Part shown: piece by piece, positions 9,792-18,828 of the stretch
Numbering within the stretch: position 1 is the first letter of the stretch
How the letters are laid out: every line of letters begins with the position of its first letter
Origin: Candidatus Saccharimonadota bacterium
Lineage (GTDB): Bacteria > Patescibacteriota > Saccharimonadia > Saccharimonadales > UBA4665
Reading direction: 5' to 3'
Length of the DNA: 34,514 nt
Assembly (NCBI GenBank): GCA_029288515.1
Contig: JARIHB010000166.1
Coordinates: 1-34,514 of the forward strand
Program-made: the position numbers and the translations under genes
Notes under the pieces: model-generated
Told to the model about the DNA's origin: nothing
Databases searched by the model: none
What the model saw: only the letters and a program-made list of their open reading frames with translations

Positions 9792-9815
9792 AAGACACTC
9801 AAAACAGAGTGTCTT
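9792..9815 (-). terminator. Putative terminator downstream of the tRNA
   Basis: Stem AAGACACTC / GAGTGTCTT, followed on the minus strand by TTGTTTT. Confidence 0.55.
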
Positions 9816-9833
9816 CATATCTGTTATCAAAAC

Positions 9834-9908
9834 TGGCTGGGGGTAAGGGATTCGAACCCCTGAATGCCAGGACCAAAACCTGGTGCCTTACCACTTGGCG
9901 AACCCCCA
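9834..9908 (-). tRNA. tRNA-Gln (anticodon TTG)
   Basis: Reverse complement is TGGGGGTTCGCCAAGTGGTAAGGCACCAGGTTTTGGTCCTGGCATTCAGGGGTTCGAATCCCTTACCCCCAGCCA, with acceptor stem TGGGGGT/ACCCCCA, anticodon arm CCAGG-TT-TTG-GT-CCTGG, GTTCGAA T-loop and encoded CCA. Confidence 0.97.
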
Positions 9909-9959
9909 ATGGTTGTTGTACCGGTGTTATTCTACCGTAAATATGCGTCATTGACAATG

Positions 9960-9998
9960 TGCAGCCTTCAGCATGGATCGGCCACGCTGAAGGCTGCA
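9960..9998 (-). terminator. Stem-loop after the ABC permease gene
   Basis: 13-bp inverted repeat TGCAGCCTTCAGC / GCTGAAGGCTGCA just past the permease stop; weak U-tract. Confidence 0.6.
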
Positions 9999-10005
9999 GC
10001 TATTG

Positions 10006-10815
10006 TTAGCCGGACGTCTTGCGCTTAAACAGCCAGGTAGCCACCGGTATGGAAACGGCAAGCATGCCCAGGCACCATATCACTGCCATCCACCCGTGAT
10101 TGCCGATAGGCGTGCCTAGTATTAAGGCGCGCATTGCTTCGATAACGTGTGTAATGGGCTGATTTTCGGCAAAGGCCCGCAGTACCGGGGTCATGCTTTC
10201 GCCGGGTACGAAGGCGGTGCTGGCAAAGGTGAGCGGGAACACGATAACGAAGGTTAACCACTGCACGCCCTCCACACTCTTTGCCACCACGCCCACAATG
10301 GCGGACAGCCATGAGAAGGCCAGGGTAAACAGCAAAATAATGCCGATAATGCCCAGCCAGTCGGTAAAGCTGGCACTCGTGCGGAAACCGATTGCCAGGC
10401 CGGTCACAATCATTACCAGCGTCGACAAACTGTTACGGAACAGGTCCGAGATGGTGTGGCCGTTCAATACGGCCAAGTTAGACATGGGCAGCGACCGAAA
10501 GCGGTCAACGATGCCTTTTTGCATATCATTACAGATGGCAATCGCAGTGGTCGTTGAACCGAAGGCCAGCGTCTGCACAATAATGCCGGCCATCAGGAAT
10601 TCCTTATAATCTACGCCATCCGGCAGAGCAAGACCGATTGCACCGCCGAAGACCGACGTAAACAGCAGGTAAAACATGATCGGCTGGAAGAACGTACCCA
10701 GCAGCTGGTCGCGGTTGCGGATAATGTGCAGGCTGCTGCGCTTGATCATCAGCAACGAGTCCACCATGGCTTGCACCGGGCGGGAGTGTTTTTCGAATAC
10801 TAATTCCTGAGCCAT
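10006..10815 (-). CDS. ABC-2 type (DrrB-like) exporter permease
   Basis: About 6 TM segments; GIVDRFRSLP, FASTAFVP and FAENQPITH motifs; TAATG overlap with the ATPase gene. Confidence 0.92.
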   Translation of the reverse strand: MAQELVFEKHSRPVQAMVDSLLMIKRSSLHIIRNRDQLLGTFFQPIMFYLLFTSVFGGAIGLALPDGVDYKEFLMAGIIVQTLAFGSTTTAIAICNDMQKGIVDRFRSLPMSNLAVLNGHTISDLFRNSLSTLVMIVTGLAIGFRTSASFTDWLGIIGIILLFTLAFSWLSAIVGVVAKSVEGVQWLTFVIVFPLTFASTAFVPGESMTPVLRAFAENQPITHVIEAMRALILGTPIGNHGWMAVIWCLGMLAVSIPVATWLFKRKTSG

Positions 10816-11777
10816 TACACATCCTCCTCGTCGGTGGTTTGTTGTTTTTGTTTGCCAGTTAATGACAGGAATACGTCGTCCAGCGTCGGCTTATGCACCG
10901 CCATAGACTGTACGCTCACATGGCTGCGCGCTAAGGCGTCGAGGGCGCTTGTAACATCGGTGTTGATGTCTTGAATGGTGACACTGGCAGTGAATTCTTT
11001 GGTGTTAGTGTCGGCAACCCGTTTGCCGAGCGCCTGTACGGCAGATTCCAGGGCTTTGCTGTTGGCAAACGTTAGCTCCAGACGGTCTTTGCCGACTTTA
11101 CTCTTCAGCTCGTTGGCCGTACCTTCAGCGATTACCTTACCGCCATCGATAACGACTATTTTATCGGCCAGTTGGTCAGCTTCTTCAAGGTACTGGGTAG
11201 TAAGCAGAATGGTCGTGCCGCTTTCCATCAGTTTCTTGATAATCGCCCACATGGCCAGGCGAGAGCGCGGGTCCAAGCCGGTGGTCGGTTCGTCCAGAAA
11301 GATAACCGGCGGCGTAGCAATGAGACTCACCGCCAGGTCCAGGCGGCGGCGCATACCGCCCGAATATGTTTTTGCCGGACGGTCGGCAGCTTCAACCAAG
11401 CTGAAATCCTCAAGCAGTTCCTGGGCGCGAGCTTTGGCGCTCTGGGCGGTCAGGCGATACAGCCGGCCCATCATTACCAAGTTCTCGCGGCCGGTCAATA
11501 GCTCGTCTACGGCGGCACTTTGGCCGGTGAGGCCGATCACGCCGCGCACTTTATCGGCCTCGCGAGTAACGTCGTAACCTTCAACTGTCACGGAACCGCC
11601 GTCGTAATGCAAGAGCGTGCTTAGGATACGCACGGTCGTGGTCTTACCCGCGCCGTTCGGCCCTAATAAGGCCAGCATGGTACCGCGTTCAACACGCAGG
11701 TCGATGCCCTTCAGCACATGGTTTGATCCATATGATTTAGTCAGACCTTTTACCTCAATCACATATGTATTCTTCAT
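10815..11777 (-). CDS. ABC exporter ATP-binding protein (DrrA-like)
   Basis: Walker A GPNGAGKTT, signature YSGGMRRRLD, Walker B IFLDEPTTGLDP, and C-terminal PTLDDVFLSLTG. Confidence 0.95.
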   Translation of the reverse strand: MKNTYVIEVKGLTKSYGSNHVLKGIDLRVERGTMLALLGPNGAGKTTTVRILSTLLHYDGGSVTVEGYDVTREADKVRGVIGLTGQSAAVDELLTGRENLVMMGRLYRLTAQSAKARAQELLEDFSLVEAADRPAKTYSGGMRRRLDLAVSLIATPPVIFLDEPTTGLDPRSRLAMWAIIKKLMESGTTILLTTQYLEEADQLADKIVVIDGGKVIAEGTANELKSKVGKDRLELTFANSKALESAVQALGKRVADTNTKEFTASVTIQDINTDVTSALDALARSHVSVQSMAVHKPTLDDVFLSLTGKQKQQTTDEEDV

Positions 11778-11868
11778 TGGCGATACTCCTGTGCTACACG
11801 GTGGCTATTTGTATAATAGTAGCGTATGCTTATCTCCGTGTCATCTATAATGCCGTAATAGGCACATA

Positions 11869-11897
11869 TTCACAAAATAATAATTATATGGTATAAT
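11869..11897 (+). promoter_or_regulatory. Sigma70-type promoter, probably leaderless
   Basis: TTCACA (11869-74), 17 bp spacer, then extended -10 TGgTATAAT ending at 11897, 6 nt before ATG 11904. Confidence 0.7.
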
Positions 11898-11903
11898 AAA
11901 TAT

Positions 11904-13142
11904 ATGAATTTTGAGAACGGAGATATGGGCAAAGATTTTCCTGAATTTGATTCTGGGGCGTTTGACCGTGAATTACAACACCTTCTGGGTGGCGAGGGAA
12001 TGCAAGAAATGCATTTTCTACCTACCCAGGGTCATGGGGACGCCGTACCCACGGACTACGCGAATCCAGCCGGCGGCATAGAAGGCGCAACGCCGCACAA
12101 TCCCATGGAAAACGTCGCTCGGGCACTGGAGTACCTCCAAGGACAGCAAGCCCATGCGTTCGGTGCAATGTTCAAGGCCGTAGTGAAGCATGAAGACTTA
12201 GGCCCTCCGACGCAACCTGATGAAGATACGCTTGCAGAGTTCGGTCCTGACAGCATTGCTCATTTGGATAGTGGCACGGAAGCAGCAGGGCTAGCAATGG
12301 ACCAACAGCTCAACACCATGCCGTATGAAAAAGACATAGCCGCAGCCGGTCTTGCGCTGTCGGATAATCCATTCGCGCCAGGCCTGCGCATACAAGACGG
12401 CGGGCGCTTTGCCGCCGCTTTGCAGCAAACGCCCGAGGGCAGCGCCAGCACCCAGCTAACAAGCGGGCTCCACGATATGATTAGGAGCAGTATGTTCGCG
12501 CTCAGCCGGCCGTATGTCCCTACCATAAACGACGAGGACTACGCTACCTACAGCGTACCGCGCACTCCCACCGAAAGCGAAACGCTCGGGGAAACGAGCG
12601 AAGGAACAAGACAGTCAATAAGCCAAATGACACTGCACGCTTCAGAGATTGCCGACGGCTTAGAGCATACCGGCGCTAATCCGGAAGACGTTGCCAGCCT
12701 GCGCCGTCTTCATAGCGCCGTAACCGAAGGCATGCTGCCACACCTGTCCGTTGCGCTCGATTTAGATCTGCTCCAAAAACCAACAACTTACTGGAGTGAT
12801 CGGGTCTGGACGCAGTTCTCTCACGAAGACTGGAACAGGATTTCTACATTCTTTGACGACGCAGAACGTGTAGCTCCCGACCGCTCGGTAACATTACATG
12901 ACCTCGCAAGCACGTTCGCGGACAACTTGCAGGATTTGATAGACGGCAATTTCCAGCCTACAGAGCGTCCGCCATTCCCAACGTATGATGACGCAGAGGA
13001 CCTTACCTTCACGTCCCATAGAACACCAGAAGAGTTAAAACAAGATGCCATCGTCGAGGCGCAAGAGCGTAGTCGGCAGGAACAGCTCGTTGCTCGCCTG
13101 CGTGCTATCGCCGGCAGGCATGCGCCCGCTACAGAACAGTAA
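11904..13142 (+). CDS. Hypothetical protein, paralog family A copy 1
   Basis: Shares AGL...I.DG.RF.A.LQ and LLQKPTT...WTQFSHEDW...FFD with the two downstream ORFs. Confidence 0.85.
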   Translation: MNFENGDMGKDFPEFDSGAFDRELQHLLGGEGMQEMHFLPTQGHGDAVPTDYANPAGGIEGATPHNPMENVARALEYLQGQQAHAFGAMFKAVVKHEDLGPPTQPDEDTLAEFGPDSIAHLDSGTEAAGLAMDQQLNTMPYEKDIAAAGLALSDNPFAPGLRIQDGGRFAAALQQTPEGSASTQLTSGLHDMIRSSMFALSRPYVPTINDEDYATYSVPRTPTESETLGETSEGTRQSISQMTLHASEIADGLEHTGANPEDVASLRRLHSAVTEGMLPHLSVALDLDLLQKPTTYWSDRVWTQFSHEDWNRISTFFDDAERVAPDRSVTLHDLASTFADNLQDLIDGNFQPTERPPFPTYDDAEDLTFTSHRTPEELKQDAIVEAQERSRQEQLVARLRAIAGRHAPATEQ

Positions 13143-13216
13143 AGCCGCGCGACGCGCGTTCACTCACGTCAATTTCGCAGGCTTCCTCAACACGCTGCGT
13201 GCTATAGTGTATGGCT

Positions 13217-14440
13217 ATGGATGAACGCTACAACGGTGGTAACGACAGAGATGACCAAAATCCGTGGGCCGATATCAATCCATACAATAGCCCTGTGCTG
13301 CCACCTGATACCAATTTCCCGAGTCCCGATTTACTGCCAGCATACCCCGTCGATGTGCCCGACACAGCGGCTGCACACCAAGAAGCAGTGCCTGTCGAAC
13401 CAAACCAGCCACCTGCCGTAGCTGTATTAAAAGAGACTTTTGCATTCTACGAGGACCGGCACATGCATGCCATGGAAAAGACTGCAGCGGTTGCTGATTT
13501 TATAGATACAATCACCGCCATTGCAGACATCCTGCGGCCGGCGTTGCCGGAACTAACCGATGAAGACGTTCGCGCTCTCACCTTATATGAATTTAGAGCA
13601 TGGTTTCATGAATACCACACCGACGCCCTACTGCATAGCGCCACGTTAGAGGAGGCCGGCCTCCGAGAAACGGATAGCCTTATCAACCCCCAGCCTTACA
13701 TCGCCGACAGCAACAAGCTCGCGGCACTATTGGGCGAAGCGGTTGCACCCGATGACACGCTGCGCAGCGGTATTGAGAACGCGCTCACGCTCACGCTTGA
13801 CCAGCTACGGGCCGGTTACCTGCCTTACGGAACGTCTGATGAACGTGGGGCGCCGGCAAGGGAATGGCAGGGCAGTATAGCGCCCGACGTATCCCCGGGA
13901 GAAGAAGCTGAATTCCGGGGCAAAGTAGAGGGCGCGTTAGACCACGCATCACTGCTGGCTGGACCGCTTGGGGCACTTGGCATCAGACAACGCTTGCGGG
14001 AAGACTTTCTGCTTGCCGGCATCGCCCACAAGGAAGACGTACTGGGCGCCTTTTTTGTGGTTCACCACTGGGATTTACTGCAGCCCGCCACCAGCAAACC
14101 CATAGACACCAAGTGGACACAATGGGGTCCGGAAGATTGGCGGGGGCTTGAGGGTTTCATAGAGAACCTGGCGGTCACTGCCCCCGACAATTCAGAAACG
14201 TTGCGGACGATTGCCGCTACCGTCAGCACCAACATTTCTATGTACCGTGACGGTATATTGCACGATCCGATACCGCAGCGGCCACTGCCCGAACTGCTAC
14301 AATTTCGAGAGGAAGACATACTAGCCATCGAGGAAAGAGAGCCCTTAACCGAAGTCGAACAGGAACGCTTGCGGCAGCGCAGGGTTGAGACGCTCATTGC
14401 TATGGATAGAGTAGCCCAAAGACTACAACAATTTGTATAG
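13217..14440 (+). CDS. Hypothetical protein, paralog family A copy 2
   Basis: Contains WDLLQPATS...WTQWGPEDW...FIE. ATG 13217 is preferred over 13211 because TGcTATAGT at 13200-13208 would be only 2 nt from 13211. Confidence 0.85.
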   Translation: MDERYNGGNDRDDQNPWADINPYNSPVLPPDTNFPSPDLLPAYPVDVPDTAAAHQEAVPVEPNQPPAVAVLKETFAFYEDRHMHAMEKTAAVADFIDTITAIADILRPALPELTDEDVRALTLYEFRAWFHEYHTDALLHSATLEEAGLRETDSLINPQPYIADSNKLAALLGEAVAPDDTLRSGIENALTLTLDQLRAGYLPYGTSDERGAPAREWQGSIAPDVSPGEEAEFRGKVEGALDHASLLAGPLGALGIRQRLREDFLLAGIAHKEDVLGAFFVVHHWDLLQPATSKPIDTKWTQWGPEDWRGLEGFIENLAVTAPDNSETLRTIAATVSTNISMYRDGILHDPIPQRPLPELLQFREEDILAIEEREPLTEVEQERLRQRRVETLIAMDRVAQRLQQFV

Positions 14441-14472
14441 CAAGGAGGGGTCGGCGTGCTATAGTATCGCCT

Positions 14473-15612
14473 ATGCATGAGCTTGAACCCGAACATAGAG
14501 CGCCCTACGATGCGGCCGCAGAAGCCATACACCACAGCATGAACGACGCCGATACCGCGGGATTATTACCTACCCACGTAGCCGACAATGAACCCCCGCA
14601 ACCTCCTGAAGAAAGTATCACAGTGGAAACGCCGGATGGCGATCAGCTTACATCTTTATTCAAACAGCTTGCTCTTACACGTAACCGTATGTTTAGCCAC
14701 GTTATGGGCGGCGACAATCGAGGGGCCAGCGCTACGAATAGTGATGATGGTCCCCCTCGTTGGCCAGGTGTTACCGACGCGCAGCAATTAACGCACATAC
14801 GCAGCGAACTGGACGTACCGATCCTCCACGATATTATGGATAGCGCCGGATTACGTTTGCTCCCGGAGTCGCTTGTTCCGACAGCGGAAATCGTTGACGG
14901 CGCGCGGTTTACGGCAACCCTTCAGCGCATTCATCAGCCCACTACTTCATTAGTACGCGGTGTTGAGGATACTATTTACCATTCACTGCGTAACATTGTT
15001 AACGCATACGTACCGCAGGTATGGGATCCCGCGTATGAAACGTTTCATATAGGCACCCCCTTGCGCAGCGACCTGACGCCGGATTCGAGCGCGTACCAGC
15101 GCTATCATACCGCCATAACGCAAACCGTCGTACACAGCCAGGCATTGGCTGATATACTCGGCAATTGGCACGTCAGCGAAGCGACGCGCACACTGCTGCA
15201 CAGTGTTCGTGAGGCACATGACGAACAGCGGCTGGCAGCGTGGGCTGTCGCGCAACACTGGAACCTCTACCACCCGCCTACCACCCGCGACGAGGACCTG
15301 GAGTGGACTCAGTGGACAACATATGAGGATTGGCAAAAACTGTTCAGCTTTTTTGATGTCATTATAACTACACAAGAGCCGCCGTCTCCCTTCACCAGCC
15401 GGTTGGCACAGACCTTGGCCGCCAATATAGAAAGAAGACGGCGCGGCATACTCGTGCCAAGCGCCGGACAGGCCAGCTCTTCGCACAATATGCATCAAAT
15501 CGCACATACAGCTGAAAACAGATCGCCATTAAACGACCCCCATTACGACCACCTGCTCGCCCAGGCAGGGCACCGGCTTATTAATATCGGAAAGTTTTAC
15601 GCAACGCGGTAA
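14473..15612 (+). CDS. Hypothetical protein, paralog family A copy 3
   Basis: Contains WNLYHPPTT...WTQWTTYEDW...FFD; TGcTATAGT at 14457-14465 lies 7 nt before the ATG. Confidence 0.85.
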   Translation: MHELEPEHRAPYDAAAEAIHHSMNDADTAGLLPTHVADNEPPQPPEESITVETPDGDQLTSLFKQLALTRNRMFSHVMGGDNRGASATNSDDGPPRWPGVTDAQQLTHIRSELDVPILHDIMDSAGLRLLPESLVPTAEIVDGARFTATLQRIHQPTTSLVRGVEDTIYHSLRNIVNAYVPQVWDPAYETFHIGTPLRSDLTPDSSAYQRYHTAITQTVVHSQALADILGNWHVSEATRTLLHSVREAHDEQRLAAWAVAQHWNLYHPPTTRDEDLEWTQWTTYEDWQKLFSFFDVIITTQEPPSPFTSRLAQTLAANIERRRRGILVPSAGQASSSHNMHQIAHTAENRSPLNDPHYDHLLAQAGHRLINIGKFYATR

Positions 15613-16043
15613 TTACTGGAACCTTTGGTTTCTAAGAGTACCGGCTCCAGCTGGTCGGTGGGCTTTAGGATACTGTCTACGAAATGGTCAAGCTGGTCGT
15701 TGGTAAGGTTGGCTTTTACGGCATATCCGGCGATGCCTTGCGCGCGCAGGCCAGCCGGCGCATCTGCTTCGTTCAAGTTGGATATAACCAGCACTTTGAT
15801 ATCTTTTCCCCAGTCGCTGGCGCGCATGCGCGCCAAAATCTGGTCGCCGGCGATTTTCGGTACCATGAGATCTAACAGCACTAGGTCAGGCAATTCACGC
15901 TGTATAACGGCCAGCGCTTCTTCGCCATCATAGGCTGACGTACACTGGTAGCCGAGTATCTCCAGGCGCGTTTTGTAAATGTCATTCAGGCTGGCATTAT
16001 CTTCTACAATTACTACTTTAAGCGGCGGTGTATTTGGATCCAT
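15597..16043 (-). CDS. Single-domain response regulator (receiver)
   Basis: KVVIVED, phospho-acceptor LVLLDLMVP, ISN and conserved Lys (YAVKA); start ATG 16043 follows a TACAAT box. Confidence 0.92.
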   Translation of the reverse strand: MDPNTPPLKVVIVEDNASLNDIYKTRLEILGYQCTSAYDGEEALAVIQRELPDLVLLDLMVPKIAGDQILARMRASDWGKDIKVLVISNLNEADAPAGLRAQGIAGYAVKANLTNDQLDHFVDSILKPTDQLEPVLLETKGSSNYRVA

Positions 16044-16094
16044 AATAGTTTTATTGTAAACTACGGCCAACGTTTTTACTACGAAGGCAAAACT

Positions 16095-17393
16095 ATGGAA
16101 TACGACAGCTATCCAGAGGCTATACCGCCTGCTTATGATCGTACTGGTAATCTACCCTATGAGGGCTTAGAGGTTTTACCTCAACATGCAATGTATGAAC
16201 AACCTTGCACGCCGGACGATATATATTTTCTGCCCACTGCTGTAGTTCATAGTCCAGAAACAACAGATCAGCCCGCAGATATTGTATCGATCAGCGAGAT
16301 GCTCAGAGGGCGCGAGGCGCCCGATACACTCAACGACCGGCATCCGGACTGGCCGCCCATTACATTAACGTATTACTTCGGCATGCACGGACGGGCAGGC
16401 CATGCGCAGGATTTAGGCGAGCATGTGCGCAGTGCGCAGGTATATTGTTATGAGCACACTGACGGCCCCCAGCTCAGCAGTCCTTTGAAAACGTATGCCG
16501 AAGATCAAGAAGAAGGTGTAGAAGCACTGCTTGATCGTACTACCAATAAGGAAGGCGCCTCGGTACGCGGCATGATTCATGAAGACCTATTTCGGGCAGT
16601 GCACGGCACCGGTGTAGTTATCGGACATTTTGATTTAAGCCCCGCGCAGACCAAAAATTTTAGGCCGACAGCGGCAGCCCATGACCTTACAAGGAACATG
16701 AATAAACTGAGTGCCGGCAACACCTTCGACGAAACACTAGATGCCGCCGGCCATGCATTAAAGACGCTCTACACCGGTCAGGCGCACCGGGACATACACA
16801 TGATCGGCCCGCGGCATAATGAGGACGGGACGGTTACAGCCGGAAATTTCGAAGATGAAATGGGCCGTATTTTCGCTGCGTACCCTCATCTGAAAGCCCG
16901 AGACCACATACAGGTAGTCGCCTCGATGGGTGCAACTCATGAGTTCGCTCAAATGGCGTGTGCTGCCGCATCTGGCGTGGAAGTTAGAGCAATACATGCA
17001 AACGGCGATCAGCATGCAATGATTGAGGATGACATTCGTGAAGCGCTCAGTCTTGGACAACAGCCCACACGTGAACAATTAGCACGCTTCTATATGGAAT
17101 CGGTTACCCTAGCCGCCTTAGCAAACGGCATGGAGCATGACACTGTGTTTGCTAATTCTGCCAGTTCCGAACCACTGCAATATGCCAGGACTATTGCCGA
17201 AACGGTTGATATTAAAGATATTGCCGTCTTGCACGACGTTGTCGCTCAAGGATGTAATGTAGCGCAAGCGGCACAATTGATTAATATCACGCTTACCACC
17301 AAGGGGCTGCCGCCGCTCGCCCGATCGTACGCAGATATGCGGCCATTTATTGCCGCGCACGCCGCAGCTCAGGCTACCATCAGACAAACATGA
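16095..17393 (+). CDS. Hypothetical protein with acidic/Pro-rich N-terminus; possible EreA/ChaN/TIKI-like fold
   Basis: Motif order YYFGMH, VYCYE, VIGHFD, RDIHM, VVASMGATH resembles the H...E...D...RD...GxxH pattern of that superfamily. The ORF is solid; the fold call is tentative. Confidence 0.65.
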   Translation: MEYDSYPEAIPPAYDRTGNLPYEGLEVLPQHAMYEQPCTPDDIYFLPTAVVHSPETTDQPADIVSISEMLRGREAPDTLNDRHPDWPPITLTYYFGMHGRAGHAQDLGEHVRSAQVYCYEHTDGPQLSSPLKTYAEDQEEGVEALLDRTTNKEGASVRGMIHEDLFRAVHGTGVVIGHFDLSPAQTKNFRPTAAAHDLTRNMNKLSAGNTFDETLDAAGHALKTLYTGQAHRDIHMIGPRHNEDGTVTAGNFEDEMGRIFAAYPHLKARDHIQVVASMGATHEFAQMACAAASGVEVRAIHANGDQHAMIEDDIREALSLGQQPTREQLARFYMESVTLAALANGMEHDTVFANSASSEPLQYARTIAETVDIKDIAVLHDVVAQGCNVAQAAQLINITLTTKGLPPLARSYADMRPFIAAHAAAQATIRQT

Positions 17394-17405
17394 TAGTATA
17401 GGGGC

Positions 17406-18773
17406 ATGCAAGAGATGCCGACCATCACCGTGTTAGGCACGGGCTACGTAGGGCTTACGACGGCCGCGCTGTTTTCGGCCGCCGGTATGCATACCTACGT
17501 TGTAGACCCAAACGACAGCCGGCTGGCAAGTGTCCGCCAGGGCAAATCATTCTTTTATGAAGTGGGGCTTGACCCGGTTATTGCGCAGGCCGTACAGACA
17601 GGCATGCTGATACCAACAAATTCGTACCGCGAATCGGTGCCGCACAGCGACTTTATTATTTCGGCAGTCGGTACGCCAGATAATCCCGACGGCAGTTCCA
17701 ACCTGCAGTACGTCTACGCTGCCGCGAGAGAGGCTGCGGCGCACATGCAGCCGCATGCCATATATGTACAAAAGAGTACGGTGCCAGTAGGTACGGGTAA
17801 CCACATAGCCAAACTGTTCGCCGAGGCCGGCGTGCACAATGCCTATGTTTCCAATCCGGAGTTCCTGCGTGAAGGTACCGCGCTACTCGACAGCCTGTGG
17901 TTTGACCGTATCGTAGTCGGCGGCAACGATGCAGCCGCGCTGGAACGAGTAGTAGATGTGCATCATATTGTCGAGAAGGCGCGCGGCGCAATAGCACAAG
18001 CAGCGGGCATTAATCCGCCCACGACCCTGCCGGCAGGGTCGTACATTAGCACATCGCTCGAAAGCGCCGAAATGATCAAAGTGGTGTCCAACGCCTTTTT
18101 AGCGCTCAAGATATCATTCGCCAATTCAGTGGGCATACTAGCCGACACCACCGGGGCGGATATTACGCAGGTGCTAGCAGCCGTCGGCGCCGACCGGCGT
18201 ATCGGCACAGCGTTTCTGCAAGCTGGGCGGGGATATGGCGGCGGCTGCTTCCCAAAAGACGTCAGCGGGCTCATTGCCGCCGGGCTGCACCAGGGTGTAC
18301 AGCTCACTATCATGGAAGCTGCCCAGGAAGTAAACGAAGCAATGCCCGGCTATGTTGTAGCCAAGCTGCAAAATGCGCTGGGCGGTACGCTGGGCGGCAA
18401 ACGTGTTGCAGTGCTGGGGTTGGCTTTTAAGGCAGGTACCAGCGACTGCCGCCGCTCGCCGGCGATTACTATTGCCAACATGCTTGCTGCGCGTGGGGCA
18501 CACGTATCCGCGTACGATCCACAAGCCAACGATGAGGCGCGTGGCTTGCTTCATGCAAATGTACAGGTTCAAAAGCAGTACGATGATGCACTTACCGACG
18601 CGGACGCGGCAATTATTGCCACGGACTGGCCGGCATTTACCAGCCAGGCACCTGCTGAATTCGCGAAGCACATGGCTGGTACGGTGTTTGTCGACGCCAT
18701 GAATTGTTTCGAGCCAGCGAGTGTGCAAGCAGTGGGCTTGCAATATATAGGTATCGGTCGTAAAGCCGCTTAA
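17406..18773 (+). CDS. ugd: UDP-glucose/GDP-mannose dehydrogenase family protein (UDP-glucose 6-dehydrogenase)
   Basis: NAD-binding GTGYVG, KSTVPVGT, SNPEFLREG, catalytic GYGGGCFPKD, and LGLAFKAGTSDCRRSP. Confidence 0.95.
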   Translation: MQEMPTITVLGTGYVGLTTAALFSAAGMHTYVVDPNDSRLASVRQGKSFFYEVGLDPVIAQAVQTGMLIPTNSYRESVPHSDFIISAVGTPDNPDGSSNLQYVYAAAREAAAHMQPHAIYVQKSTVPVGTGNHIAKLFAEAGVHNAYVSNPEFLREGTALLDSLWFDRIVVGGNDAAALERVVDVHHIVEKARGAIAQAAGINPPTTLPAGSYISTSLESAEMIKVVSNAFLALKISFANSVGILADTTGADITQVLAAVGADRRIGTAFLQAGRGYGGGCFPKDVSGLIAAGLHQGVQLTIMEAAQEVNEAMPGYVVAKLQNALGGTLGGKRVAVLGLAFKAGTSDCRRSPAITIANMLAARGAHVSAYDPQANDEARGLLHANVQVQKQYDDALTDADAAIIATDWPAFTSQAPAEFAKHMAGTVFVDAMNCFEPASVQAVGLQYIGIGRKAA

Positions 18774-18828
18774 CTAATAATACGTATTGCACACGAGCGC
18801 AAAAAATATTTATAATAGCTTACTTATT

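Noticed and set aside
7125-9908. Integrative element or prophage at the tRNA-Gln 3' end
   Set aside because: No integrase or phage genes, and I found no duplicated tRNA 3' fragment (att site) in the window by eye.
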